Below are positions 51,731 to 64,000 of a DNA stretch of 64,000 bases, one piece after another (position 1 is the first letter of the stretch; each line of letters begins with the position of its first letter). A program made the translations under genes and the position numbers. This DNA is from Styela clava. Lineage: Eukaryota. The stretch is taken from contig NC_135262.1 in NCBI RefSeq assembly GCF_964204865.1, forward strand, positions 6,324,001-6,388,000, in the 5' to 3' direction. The notes under the pieces are model-generated. The model saw only the letters and a list, made by a program, of their open reading frames with translations. It searched no databases and was not told the origin of the DNA.

Positions 51731-52640
51731 GAGAGAAAAGGGTTAGTAAATGGATATTGGTTTTCACATTCTGCTCATTCGAAAATCTCGTAATTATCTA
51801 CATTGTAATTTTTTTTAAATGATAATAAAAGACATCCCCCAAAATAAGCCCTGGTGCTATTTTTTGAAAGAAAATTCATGTGTATCCATCTCCCAGATAT
51901 CTCTGCATTCTGTTTTGGTTAAGTCAGAAGACAGAAATATCAGCGTCAGTCGTTAAACGTTTAAATAGCATATCACAAACTTCAATACTGTTAAAATACG
52001 TCAGCCGAGTAATGATTTAAATAGCATTTCATCGTTCAACTTCATTACTGTTCAAAACAATCAGTCATAAAATGTTTTTAAGTAGCATTCCCTGTAACTT
52101 GCAGAAAATGCAAGGCAGATTCCCAGCATACCCTTCCAAATTGTCACGCTTGCTGCAGATTACCCACACCTGTTTTTCACTATATGCACATGCACAACTG
52201 CTCATGATGGAGTTCACATTATTTATCAATTCTGTTGTACAAATAAATTTGTTGGGAAGCCGGGGAAATAAGGCACTCACAATTTATTGCACAAACCTCA
52301 TTAAAATTAATTTCTACAGCACCAAATCACACAAATTCACAGTCGAGATATTTATATACAACATAAAGCAGGAAAAAAATGTTGGATTTGGCAATAATCC
52401 ATACAATCACTGAGTTGCATGTGTTGTAAATAATTAGTCAATGTTGATGGTAACCAGTGGCGCATCTGGGGTGTGGCAGCCATGGGCACCGTTTGAACAG
52501 GGCTGCATAAACGGCAAGAAGTTTTAATCGTAAAATATTTCAATAAAATTATTTAAATTGAAAATGACCCAAACTCCTATTTTTACTCAAATGATAAAGT
52601 ACCTAATGAATATCTCATTTCAATAACAGTCATTATAGAC

Positions 52641-54521
52641 TAGAGCTCGACCGATATCACTTTTTGGTACCGATACCGATAACGATATATCGGCCAACTA
52701 GTGACCGATAACCGATATCGACATACCGATATCTACAACCTGAACCCGCAGTAAATACTAGTAAGAAAAATTCAGTTTCAGTCAATCAAAAGTTTATCTT
52801 GAAAAATAAAGCAGTCCTACACAGTGCTTGCGTCATTGATAAAAGTTTCACAGCAAATAATAAGAACACACACAGAAGGCAATGTTTGAAAAAACCAAGC
52901 ACAAAAGAAAAAAGGCAGTCAGTAAAAAGGTTCTGGAAGTCCATTCTGATCCATACAGTAGTAGGTGGGAGTAGGCTTGCACGTAATTTACAGAATTACG
53001 TAATTATTTCGAGTTACAAATTACGTAAAGTCGTAATTATTGGTCGAGCGCTTTCGCGTTTGAAACGTACTCCTTCAAAGCAGTCAATTCCGTCGATTGT
53101 AAAAATGAAAGTTTAACAAGTAGAAGAAGTTACAGTTACGGTATTCGCTCCGTTTCTCTCTCTCTTGTTACGCAGGTGGGGGAAGGCATGACACGTTGCC
53201 ACCCCGGTTGAGCGTTTGGTTTCACGGTCAAAACGATATTATTATGAGCGTTATCACCGTAACGCAATTAACACCGACAGGCTTTTTTGTTTTCACGATT
53301 TGGTATCTTTTTTATTCGGCGCTGATAATGATAAATAAGAATGTGTGATAGTTGATTGTAATTCCGGAAGGCGTATTTTTCTTTCTCTCCGTGAAACAGA
53401 CATGAAACGAATTTACCGTCGCTATGGGCCCTCAAAAGGAGAGAAGGCTACTTTCTTTTCCCGACTCAATCACTTTTATTAATACAAATCACGGCGCATT
53501 AAAAAACAAAATAGAATTTATTAGCATTAATTTACAACGAGTTACGGGTAAGAATTTATCGCCGGCCAAATAATTAATATTTGATCCAAATTTATCGCAA
53601 ATAATGTTATAACATTTAGGCCGCGAAATAATTTGATATAAAATGAAGCTTGGTAATCGGAATATCGTCAATAATTCAGCATCAATAATTATTATAAAAT
53701 GCTAACTAGGCAGCAAAGTCGGATAATGTAAAAAACGTAGCAATAACAAGTCTTCGTCGCGAGGCAAGCACAGGTATAATCAAACGAGAGAATGCGCTTG
53801 TCGTTGATTAATAACTTAGAAACCCGAAATTTTTATTCAATACGAAAGTCGATTTTAAAAAAGCCAACTATCGTTTCATAAATATCCGTATACCAGTGTC
53901 GGTAATGATAAAATTGATCGCATAAAATTGGGACGGTTAATTTGCGAAGATGATAAAGGAAAATCACAGCCAACACAAAAGATAAAAATCAGAATAAATT
54001 TAATTTGAATCCACTCCTTGGTATTTGTCTTTAACATCTGTCGCCGGCGTGTAGTACTGTCGGTAATATGAAAACCAATTTCGATGTCCCGTTCGGAAAA
54101 GAAGTGGATTCAAATGGTTGTTATGATAGGTTTAAATGTGTGAAAAAATATCGCAATTACGGGGTCATTACGTAATTAATTTTGCCGTAATTACAGAATT
54201 GATTTTTGTCGATTACGTGCAAGCCTAGTTGGGACGCAAGAGATTCGAAAGCGAGGATTTTGCGCCGCACGAGGAGATAAAAGAGAGAGAGAAATAGAGA
54301 ACTCCGTTCACTGAAAGGCAAAATGAGAGAAGCGAAAAAAAGAAAACGCTTGGCCGCAGATATTTCCCGGGCAAAAATACTCATTTTTTAGAACGTGGAA
54401 AAGCGACGAACACTGATATATATCGGCCAGATATATCGGCCGGTTGGGCCGATATGATATATCGGCAAACACGCAATATCGGCCCGATATATCGGTTGGC
54501 CGATATATCGGTCGAGCTCTA
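52641..54521. mobile_element. Non-autonomous hAT (Ac-like) element carrying a nested insertion
   Basis: Perfect TIR TAGAGCTCGACCGATAT; perfect 8-bp TSD TTATAGAC; subterminal CCGATA repeats. Confidence 0.92.
52972..54227. mobile_element. Nested non-autonomous hAT element
   Basis: Perfect TIR TAGGCTTGCACGTAAT; TSD GGTGGGAG/GTTGGGAC; subterminal GTAATTAC repeats. Confidence 0.88.
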
Positions 54522-54911
54522 TTATAGACTGTCAACCAACTATCAAGAGGGGCACATTTTTAAACTTTGCCATGGGTGCCATTTTACATAGGTACACAAC
54601 CGAGTTTGACTGATTCTTTGTATTCACTGACAGGCTTTTTGTGGGCTAATATACCACCAAACGTGAAGATTCTTTTAACATAATCATAATGGAAAGTAAA
54701 CAACGGTATATTTTCTCATTTTCTGAATTACAGACTTCAGAACAATCACTTAGATAGCATACATTATCCAAGTCATGTCAATTTTGCTTATAGCCCTGCA
54801 AAATTTTATTTCCTGTATCAACTCATAAGAACAAAGACAAAGTGATTGGAATTTGACTATCACCAAATATATAGGGGCTAAGTGCAATTAGGCAAAAGAT
54901 TGTGAGATATT

Positions 54912-57900
54912 TTAGTCCCATTCATCCTCATAAAATTCCTCTTGCTCTTGTGCCTCTTCATTATCGTCTCTTTGAAGGTTTAAATTTCCGAGCATATCTC
55001 TCATGGCGACCATTAAAGCTTGGAATTGTTGATGCAATCCGGCTTGACCAGGCTGTAGCGCTGCTGCTCCTTCTTCCTCAGTCTCTTGTGATGGATCAAA
55101 TTGAGGCATGAGTGAGTGTAGAAACAATCCGAGTGAGTTTCCTGTTCTTCCACGACGAGCCCTGTAAAAGCAAACATAGAAGGGTTCAGGATAAAATTAT
55201 TCCAGTCAAAATGATGAATATTTAATTTTGATCAGTCACGTACACCACTCCGCAAAGATCAATCAATCAGTTTCAAAACCCCATGGCTCATTCAGTAATA
55301 AATTTGATATGGTTATAATTATTCAACATGAGATCAATTATGATTATTCAAAATGAGTACTATTGCATCATATTGTGCATATTGAATGCTAGAATGGTTT
55401 TAACCTGGCTAGCTCCAAAGATCACCTTTCTGTGATTAATAAGCATTTTTAACAACTTGCATCTTTCCCTATAAATAAAATCCTATCATATAATGACAGG
55501 TTAGATAACCTCGAGTTTAAACCCATGCACAGCACCTAACCCAGGGTGCAACAAATTGCACTTTCACTTCAATTACTGGACCCATTGCTTTAAAATTTTC
55601 AGTGGTTAGAAATTGTATTTGTCACTGAAAGGCCATTACTTTTATTTATTTAAAAAAAATTTGTCGGCTCTCCTGTCTTCATTTTTACTGGCATTGGTAA
55701 ATATTAACCTAAATATTTCATATTGTATTCTGGTTATCCAAAGGCCATTAATATCATAAATTGACTGCTACCTACCTTTCTGGTCTTTCATAAGATCTAA
55801 TTCCATCTGCTGGTGGCAATGGATCGTGACCAAAAACCTGTTCCAAACGAATCTCCTATAATAGAATATATATATTTTAGAAATTGATAGCCAATAAAAA
55901 ATACCATTAAGTTGTTTTGTTTGGTGGTCACACTCAGGTTCAATCATACCATTACCAGAATGTTCAACACAAATTGAGTATTTGGTTAACTTCAAAATTG
56001 GTTACATCGAAATCAAAATACTGTATACTAAATCTTCGATTTAGGATTAATTCAGCAGATTTTCATTTGAATACTTGTTAACAAATTTGACATATAATAG
56101 TAAAACCAAAAATATACCCACTATTTTAAGGTTTGATTACTATCAAAAATAGAAAATCAATCAGAATAATTTGATCCCAATTGCTCTGCATTTCTTAATT
56201 GAATTTCCCTAACTTCATAAAAATAATATGTGCAAATTGAACTGGTGAACATAACTTATTTTGAAAACATTATTTCAGAATGTATTCATACTCATACTCC
56301 TAAATTATTCAATTTTGGCCATCCCTGCTCAATATACTTAAGATTTTAGGGAACAATCAATTTCAATTGTACAACTCTAGTCGCTATTGTAAACTCCTCT
56401 CTTTACATTATGCATTTTTCACTATAAAGCCTTTCATACCCATAGCCGTAGACCATGCAAAAATACTATATTGAAGGTTTTGAAGCTTCAAATTTCCTGC
56501 ACAAACTTAGTAAAATAACAAATTACTCTGACGGAAGAATGTTATAAAACTATATTTGCATACCGGTGGTAAAAGATCAATTACTCCAGGTAATTCACAA
56601 ATCATTGCATATCGATAAATATTTCTTGGTGGTTTCTGATATCTTTTCCTCCTGTATATAAGAAAAAAAACTGAATTTAAAAAACAAGTAAGGCATATTG
56701 GCTTTCGTACTAAACTAGATTGATGACCCCATGTCCTAATAAATAACAAAATAATAAAGTGAAACCAATACCTTTGCCTCCATTTAGCAATTTCAGGATC
56801 TTTCGCATCAACTTTGTCAAGAACAATATTAACATTTTTTTCCAACCAGGAGAAAACTTCGGGTGATTTCCATAAAGAATGATTTCTTGCAACAAATAAA
56901 TTACAAAGCAATTTCAAGCCAGCTGGTGAACTGAAAAATGATATAGAAATTACAGTAATTAAAATTATTAATATGAATCTCACCAGGATTTAATTTAATA
57001 TACTCAGTTTACTGTATATTGGTTTCAGCGCTCCTGTAGTATGTGAACCAAGATGCCGGACACCGGAAAGTAGTACCAGGTCAGGGTTAGGCCATAAATT
57101 TATCGCAATTTTCTTTATTTTGGTTTTATCCAGAGTTCGGAGACTAGCCAAGTGACTCCCGTAGTATTTGTACCTGAAATTATGGCCTAACCATAACCTG
57201 GTACACATACTACGTTCCGGTGTCTGCCATCTTGGTTTACATTCTATGGGAGTACCGTATATTCACAGTCCTTAAAACAATGAATGAACTTTGCTTGGCT
57301 ACTTCAAAGGTGACGTGAACAAGAAATTTTAGTATCCGCTCAGACACTAGTTATTTGTCAGCTTATAATAGTGTTCCCAAAATTTAAAAGTAAAAAGAAT
57401 GTCCCTAAAGGAGTTCTAGCTCATGTGAAGTAATCGAAAATTTAAACTGAGAAATGCTATAATAGACAAGGCAAAAATTAGCTATCATATACCCCAAAAT
57501 AGTACACCATATATAACTGGTAGGGAGAAACAATATAGTTTCCTTCTTGCCAAAAATTTGTACCGTAACTTACGTCTGTTCAGCTTCCGTTGTAAAAAAG
57601 CTGTGATCTGATACTTTTTTATCTGGTTGTACTGAACATTTTTCCAAAAGTAACATCAGAACCTTAAAAGAATAATTGTTCTTTAACAGTGGTTGGCTTA
57701 TACCTTTTTACACTATTATCGCAACTATTGAACTCTTATATTATCAAACCTACTGTAAAAGATGTTAAGAAATATATAAAATAAAACTTACGGAGGGAAA
57801 CTTGATCAAAGCATCTTGTAGCTGTAAAGTAATAGAAATAAAATTTCCTTAAATTGTAATATTAATGCATATATCTCTGGTTCCTTAATGACAAATGAAA

Positions 57901-60900
57901 TGGAAAATATCTTTGAGTGATAAATAACCCAAGTCGATGGTTCTAAATTAAGCGTCATGATAAATTTCATGATGATTTAAATTTGAGGGATGATTTTTCA
58001 ACTTGAATTTTCTTCATAATAACTACTGCTTGGTTAAATGTTAGCAAGTCAAATTGGATTATGTTTCCAGCCAAAGACAATTTACAACAAAACATGAGGA
58101 AATAAAATTAAAAATACCTTATAATTGTAACAGACAGTGATAATATTTTGGATGATAACTTTTAAGAAATTATTCTCAAGAAAATGCCTTTGCGGAACAC
58201 AAAAACTTTCTTACCAAAGTGTCAGCCATATCAAAATTCTTGTTACCGGCTGAGGATAATTCGAAATTAGCCATTGCTACTGAGTATGCAAAGTTTGGCA
58301 ACTGTGACAAGTTTTTATGACCCTGGAAAGCAATGATACTGTATTTTAAAACCAATTTTCTGTGAATGATAAAAATAGAATAACTGAAACTAAGTTGAAT
58401 ATCATCGAAAAGAACAGAGCTTCAATTTATGACAGGCTGCAAAGTACTGAGTCAGATTGTTTTCACTGAGTAGTATTTTCAAACTCCTGAGAACAGGGCA
58501 GGTGCGTAGTCATGAATCTTTAAATAAGAGGTCTGAATTTTCAAATTGTCAAGTTAGACCGCAATAGTTAATGGGCCTTGCCAGAAATCTTGAATTTTCA
58601 ATAGTCTTGATTGAGAGTCTAAAATACATTTCAAGCTACAAAAATTGCTATGTATGACACACAATTATGTTTTTTTCTCTCTACATTTCAAAGGGGAACC
58701 TAGACTTTAAATAGACTGACCTTAACCCCCTGCCCTGGCAATGCCCCACTCAGAGGGGTGACTGAGTCTGAACCAAAGTCAAAGTTCAGAGAGAGAATTT
58801 CGGTCCCCTAATTGTGTTAAGAGAAGTCAAAGTTTTTAAACCAGTAAAGCTGTGAAGTTGGCTAAGCATTTTTAACAGACAAGAAACAAGGCTCACATGC
58901 AAGGTTTTTGTGGTTTAAATTTGATTTTATCAGAGTTGTGTCCATCGGCCTGACGTTAGAGTCAAAAATTTTATGTCAATCTGGAAAATGTCATCCAGTC
59001 AAGCGTAAATTTTTTCGGACTCACGAAGTTTAAAAATTACGACTCTGGCCCAAATCCATTGAAAACACGGTAACTCAAACCCCGATTAGAATAAAAATTG
59101 CTCTCTTTCTCAAACCAACTATGAACTGTGTTATTTTAGTAAGCATTGGCGTTAACAACTCATTCAATTTTCATGCAATCTATTAAATTCACCTCCCATT
59201 CCGAAAATAACTGAAGAAGAAAGTCGTATTCTCCCGCTTGTAAAGCAAAGAAATCGATGAATAATAAGACGCAAAGTGGATCTTCATCAGAATCTAAACT
59301 AAAATAGAAAATCAAGATCAAGATTATTCCAAATACATTCCCAAAAAATTTCGTTTTTAATAAAACTTACTTCAAAAGAATCTTTGATAATTCAAGTGCT
59401 GTGCGACCGCATCCTCGTTGAAATACGAAATGAAGATGACGATATAATGCAAGGAAAAGACATCTGAAAATATGTCATTAGATAATTTTCGACAGAAATT
59501 GTACAGTTAGGAAACAAAGCATGTTGAAAAAATGCTTTTATAGATATAAGAAGAAAATAAAGCTGAACACAAAAACATGTTTAAAATAAATACAATTTTT
59601 TCAAACTAAGTTGAAATTAATATTTTCATTAAATCGAGAAAATTAATCCAAAAAAAATGTATTTTACGTAAAATATTTTTCAATTTTGAAATGCATTTAC
59701 ATCAAAAATTGTAACGTATGACACCAGAAGTAACTGACAAATTTTTATATCATTCATATCATCACTGAAGATTGTATTTCTCAAAATATTGTGTCATTCA
59801 GCATTTAATGGAACGTTTTCAAATAAAATCTACCGGTAATTATTCCAGTAATTTTTGGTACCGGTATTTCGGTAGCTGACTGCAATTTGTTCAGAGATCA
59901 GATTACTTTACCACAGGATGCGTATTAGATACGACTTTTATTAGCAAATCATCTTAAAATAAATATACTGACCTGTTTTCCTGTCGTTTATACTGTAATC
60001 TGCATGTACCTGTAGCTAAGTTGAATTGAGAATGAAAATTCATTTCCAAAGCATAAAGAGCTCGTTCTAAAATAAAAAGATTGATTGAAATTATTCAACT
60101 TATTTTCAAGCTTTGGACTTGAAACTCATTTTTTCTGGAAGTTCAAACCTTATATCAAAACAAGCTGTAAGGAATTGGGTTTGGCAGAAAGTCAGATGTG
60201 TCTACTCTCCACAGCAGTCCACACAACTATTCCATATATATTAATTACCTATAAGTTCTCTTGCCATTTGTGTATCGTCACTCATCCTACAAACATCACT
60301 CAATCCAAGCAAAGAATCGACATGGTAGTTATTTAGTCTGAGAACTTCCTGATAAAAATAAATAATATTAATTCTAATGAAACTAACATTGAATTAAAAG
60401 GTAATGAATGTAAACACGAAACGAGTCATACATTTTCCTGCAAGGGTGATTATGAATATAGTATATTTCTCAGAATTATTGCAACTTGAATAAACAAGAG
60501 ATTAACGCTCAAAAAATATATTTATATACACCAAGGCTCAATGACAAACCCAACAGTACCGATCTATGGATAATTTGAAATATTTTTATTTGAAAATGTC
60601 TTTTTGAGCATTTAATATTTTATGTTAGACAAAAAACAGTACTCCTGAAGTATGCGCACCAAGATGTCACACAACCTGAACTATGACCTTATACACCACC
60701 TGAGTTCAGGTTGTGCGTCATCTTGGTGCGCATACTTCAGGAGGTCCCAAAAATCTAATTAACTTCTGACAGATTAAAATAGGGAATACTACTGTTTATC
60801 CCAATTATTCGGCAAAAGCAAATCTGATTTCTATGAATTTACAATAGTCTTGAAGAATTTCTCCTGTGAAACAGACCCATTTCAGAATATATTCGTTATT

Positions 60901-63900
60901 CCAATTTCGTAAAGGTTATTTCAGAATGTATTCTTATACTAGATTATTCGGTTTTGGCCCATCCCTGGCAGTGGTATGCTACATGTTGATCATGAAGTGT
61001 ATGTGTCGAAAGTATAATGCAATGCCAATAACATTTATAAAGATAGCAAATCTATAATGCGCTAAAAGTAATTGATTTCTTACATTTTTAACATTATTTT
61101 GTTTTTGAATACAAAAATTGTGTTACTTACCGCAATTTGATTGTGGTCAGATGAGTCGACTGCATCTAAAAATTCAAACTGCGCTTTTTGATATTCCTTG
61201 CTATGTTCGAACGTAAAATATTGATATCTGTAAATACAATAATTATATATAAGTAGACAATTCTCCACTTTCATAACATAATAACTTTGACAAAGGATAG
61301 GATTCACATAATTATTCCAATTGAAGAGAAAGCGAATTAGACGGCTTAATCATATTGCGAAGTACAGCGCCTCATCCGGATACCAGTCCATGTCGGACTT
61401 GATGGTGGAGAAAACTGTAACCGACCTTACGCGCCGAGAAGTGCAGCAATCCACTCGCACATAATTATCTCCTCGGCATGCATACCCGAGAAGAGTAATC
61501 ATCAGGAGTGCAGTGGTCAACGTATTCCTAACGCTTAGCATGATGCACCACACTGCCGAGACACATACGCGAGCCTTCATCAATAGACTGTTACTAAAAA
61601 CACTTAGTAGAATTAAATGCTTTAAGTTTCTGTGCTTCTTTTATCACTATTGAAAGTCTGGAATTCCCTGTTTAACAATAATCTTACTTCTGTGATTTTT
61701 CCAGGCAAGTCATACTCAATCCACATTTGGTTAATCTGGGCCAATTTGAAGTAGGTGAAGTCAGCCAAGTTCCTTTTAACGTCTTTACACGATTTCTTTG
61801 CCTGAAGTTAGCATCATCCAGTAGAGTCCGAGTACCAAATATTCTTTTGAGTTCGTTATCTGGATTAAGAAACCTGAAATCCAATTTATATCTTCGTCAA
61901 AAAAATGAAAGAAATAAAATATATACGTACCAATGAAAATGACTTTAAAAAAATATTAAAACCAAATTAGGTGAATGAAGGATATGACCAGGCTCTGGAG
62001 TTGGGTTGGGAGTTTTCTAGTGATTTGTGTTTAAAACTGAAACAAAATTTTTTTTGAAAGTAAGAAAAACAATTATTATTACCTGTGTTCAACAGTCAAT
62101 ACATATTTATATTTTTTCACTTGGACACTGTGGTTAGAAAAATCCCTATTTGGTTTGTTGTTTTCCATTTGAGCAATTTCATTGACAACTTTTTCAATGT
62201 CTTCTTCTTCGTCTTTTTTCTAAAAAATACAAAAAGTAATTTTAGCCAGATACTCGATTAATAATAGATTTCCAAGCAAGTGAGCTCTGGGAGTCTGGCA
62301 TGTTGTCAGTGAGTGGTACCGGTATTTTCTAACTCAACGAAGTCGGTAGCAACATTCCGAATTTCATGAAGTGGTGATAAAAGAAGTTAAAAATTCCTAC
62401 ACAACTCTACAAGTATTCTTAAAAGTCTATTGAAGAAGTCTTGCATAATGCTTATTGGGTGTTTATCATCAAAATTTGATTTTCTTGCACTTCGGTGCTT
62501 GAGTCAGAATTTTGTCTCGCCCGGAGTAAGATGCGATTGTTAATTCTCTCAAACTCCACGGCTCAGGCTGCCATAGTGGACATATGTCATAACAGCCTAT
62601 TTTTTTATCCTGCGAATCAGGTTACTTTGGGACTTATTCAAAAATTGTGAATACATAGCTAAAATCAATTGGACAGAACTGGTATCCCTCATGCAAAATT
62701 AACTTATTATGTAAATACGCATTTTTATGACATTCCCCTTAATTGAGAATAAAATTTGGGGTTTTAACGTCAAGGATTTTGACAGAACCTCAATATCTAG
62801 TTAGCTTAAAACCATACTGTAAATAAAAATTTGGTGCCACGGAACAATAATGGACATATAATTGAGAACCTTCAAGTCTGAATTAATATTTTGGTACCAC
62901 ATACATTCTTTTTTGCAACATTCTTTTTCTTCTTCTTTGTTTTCTTCCTAGCACCAGTTTGTATTGGAGTTGGTTTTTCTATATTCTCATTCACATTTTC
63001 ATCTTTGTCAATATTCGTTGATTCATCTGATTCTACATCTTCATTTTCATCGTTTAACTGTATTTATATTAATACTTTAGAAATCCATTGATATAAACAA
63101 TTTACTTTGAGTGTAACCCAGTGCTGGTAGGGTAGTTGTCTCTAAATCTAAGTCGAGAGTCAATTCAAGTCACAGGTTATCAAGTCGAGTCGATAACAGA
63201 GTTAAGTCTCACTGGCGGTTGCCGGTTAATCAAGGGTCACCTTCAGTCTATGAGAAAATGACTGGAATCAAAAAAATGACTGGAGCTGGTAAAAGCTCTA
63301 AATCAGTGGTCTGCAAACTTTATGTGCTTCTGGGCAAAATATGCACATTAATTAAACAGTAGCCACATCAAAATCAATTTTTATTTCTGTTTCTGTTTTT
63401 ATTTCAGTTCTCAGATCCTGAGGTGTCCCAACATTAGGTTCAATAAAACAAACACTCTATTCGTCTCTGAAATGAGGACATCTGGCATGATGGCAAATGT
63501 GCCGGCTTTAAATCAATCGCAACAGGTGTCGGCCGTCACATGACCAAAATTGCACTTTTTTGGTAAAAAGTTTCAAATGCCATGGTGAAATATTTTTCCC
63601 TTCAGTACAGCGGGTTAATTTTTATTAAAAAATCTAAAGGTGATGTTTTAAGATTGAAATTCCTTTTTAGTTTATTGTGCAGTTAATTTGTGGCGATGTG
63701 GAGGACCTTGCACTCACTGTTATATTTCATGACTTTCAATGCAGGGGCTATTCTTGGAATTGGAGAACTGTGCCGTACTTTAGTAGTAAAAATTCTAAAT
63801 ACCAAGTCAAATAGGTTTCTTCTTTCTTGAGATGGTTTTTCAGTTTGCTCAGAAGAATCTTCTTCTTCAGAACTTTCTACAGCGGCTAACGCTGCTAAAT

Positions 63901-63952
63901 TTTTCAACTCATCATCACGTCCATGAAGTTTCCTGAGAACTCTTGTCGACAT
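54912..63952 (-). CDS. TCF25: Ribosome quality control complex subunit TCF25 (Rqc1/NULP1); 16 exons
   Basis: Exons 63952-63803, 63057-62905, 62219-62083, 61873-61688, 61227-61131, 60348-60249, 60066-59973, 59463-59371, 59298-59193, 58322-58215, 57821-57792, 57662-57574, 56930-56772, 56651-56564, 55855-55776, 55161-54912 join in phase. Motifs [53 protein letters not shown]. Confidence 0.95.
61340..61570 (-). mobile_element. SINE copy in TCF25 intron 4
   Basis: Reverse complement of the SINE body (ACCAGTCCATGTCGG, GCAGCAATCCACTCGCACATAATTATC, CGTATTCCTAACG). Confidence 0.75.
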
Positions 63953-64000
63953 AATCCAGGCTTACACAAAATAATTTTACTATACCGTAGTCTAATTCTC

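Noticed and set aside
52641-54521. Autonomous transposase inside the nested elements
   Set aside because: No long ORF or DDE/BED motif; ORFs 52799-53116, 54157-54384 and 54308-54535 run over TIR and subterminal repeats.

Overview
AT-rich, gene-dense animal genomic DNA with short GT-AG introns and many MITEs and SINEs. The protein content and gene architecture suggest an ascidian (tunicate); that assignment is inference. Seven apparently intact genes can be assembled by hand. On the + strand: an 8-exon NRY-type (melatonin receptor/moody/Tre1-like) rhodopsin GPCR (8134-16417), an AGPAT1/2-like acyltransferase with an intronless CDS (31270-32094) and a 10-exon secreted type-B carboxylesterase (33676-39216). 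On the - strand, four co-oriented genes: TCF25 (16 exons), an SCP2-less HSDL2, NOM1 (8 exons) and intronless METTL18. The strongest finding is that HSDL2-NOM1-METTL18 looks like a trans-spliced eukaryotic operon: poly(A)-type hexamers sit directly ahead of AG acceptors a few bases before the next ATG. The 17-28 kb interval holds decayed or rearranged genes, including an orphan multi-exon gene with in-frame stops and an Ig-TM receptor fragment with TGA at the core Trp. Mobile DNA includes hAT MITEs with 8-bp TSDs, a triple-nested insertion, a palindromic MITE family with 6-bp TSDs, a Helentron/HINE-like element and tRNA-derived SINEs. Exon coordinates were read manually and are unverified by transcript data.
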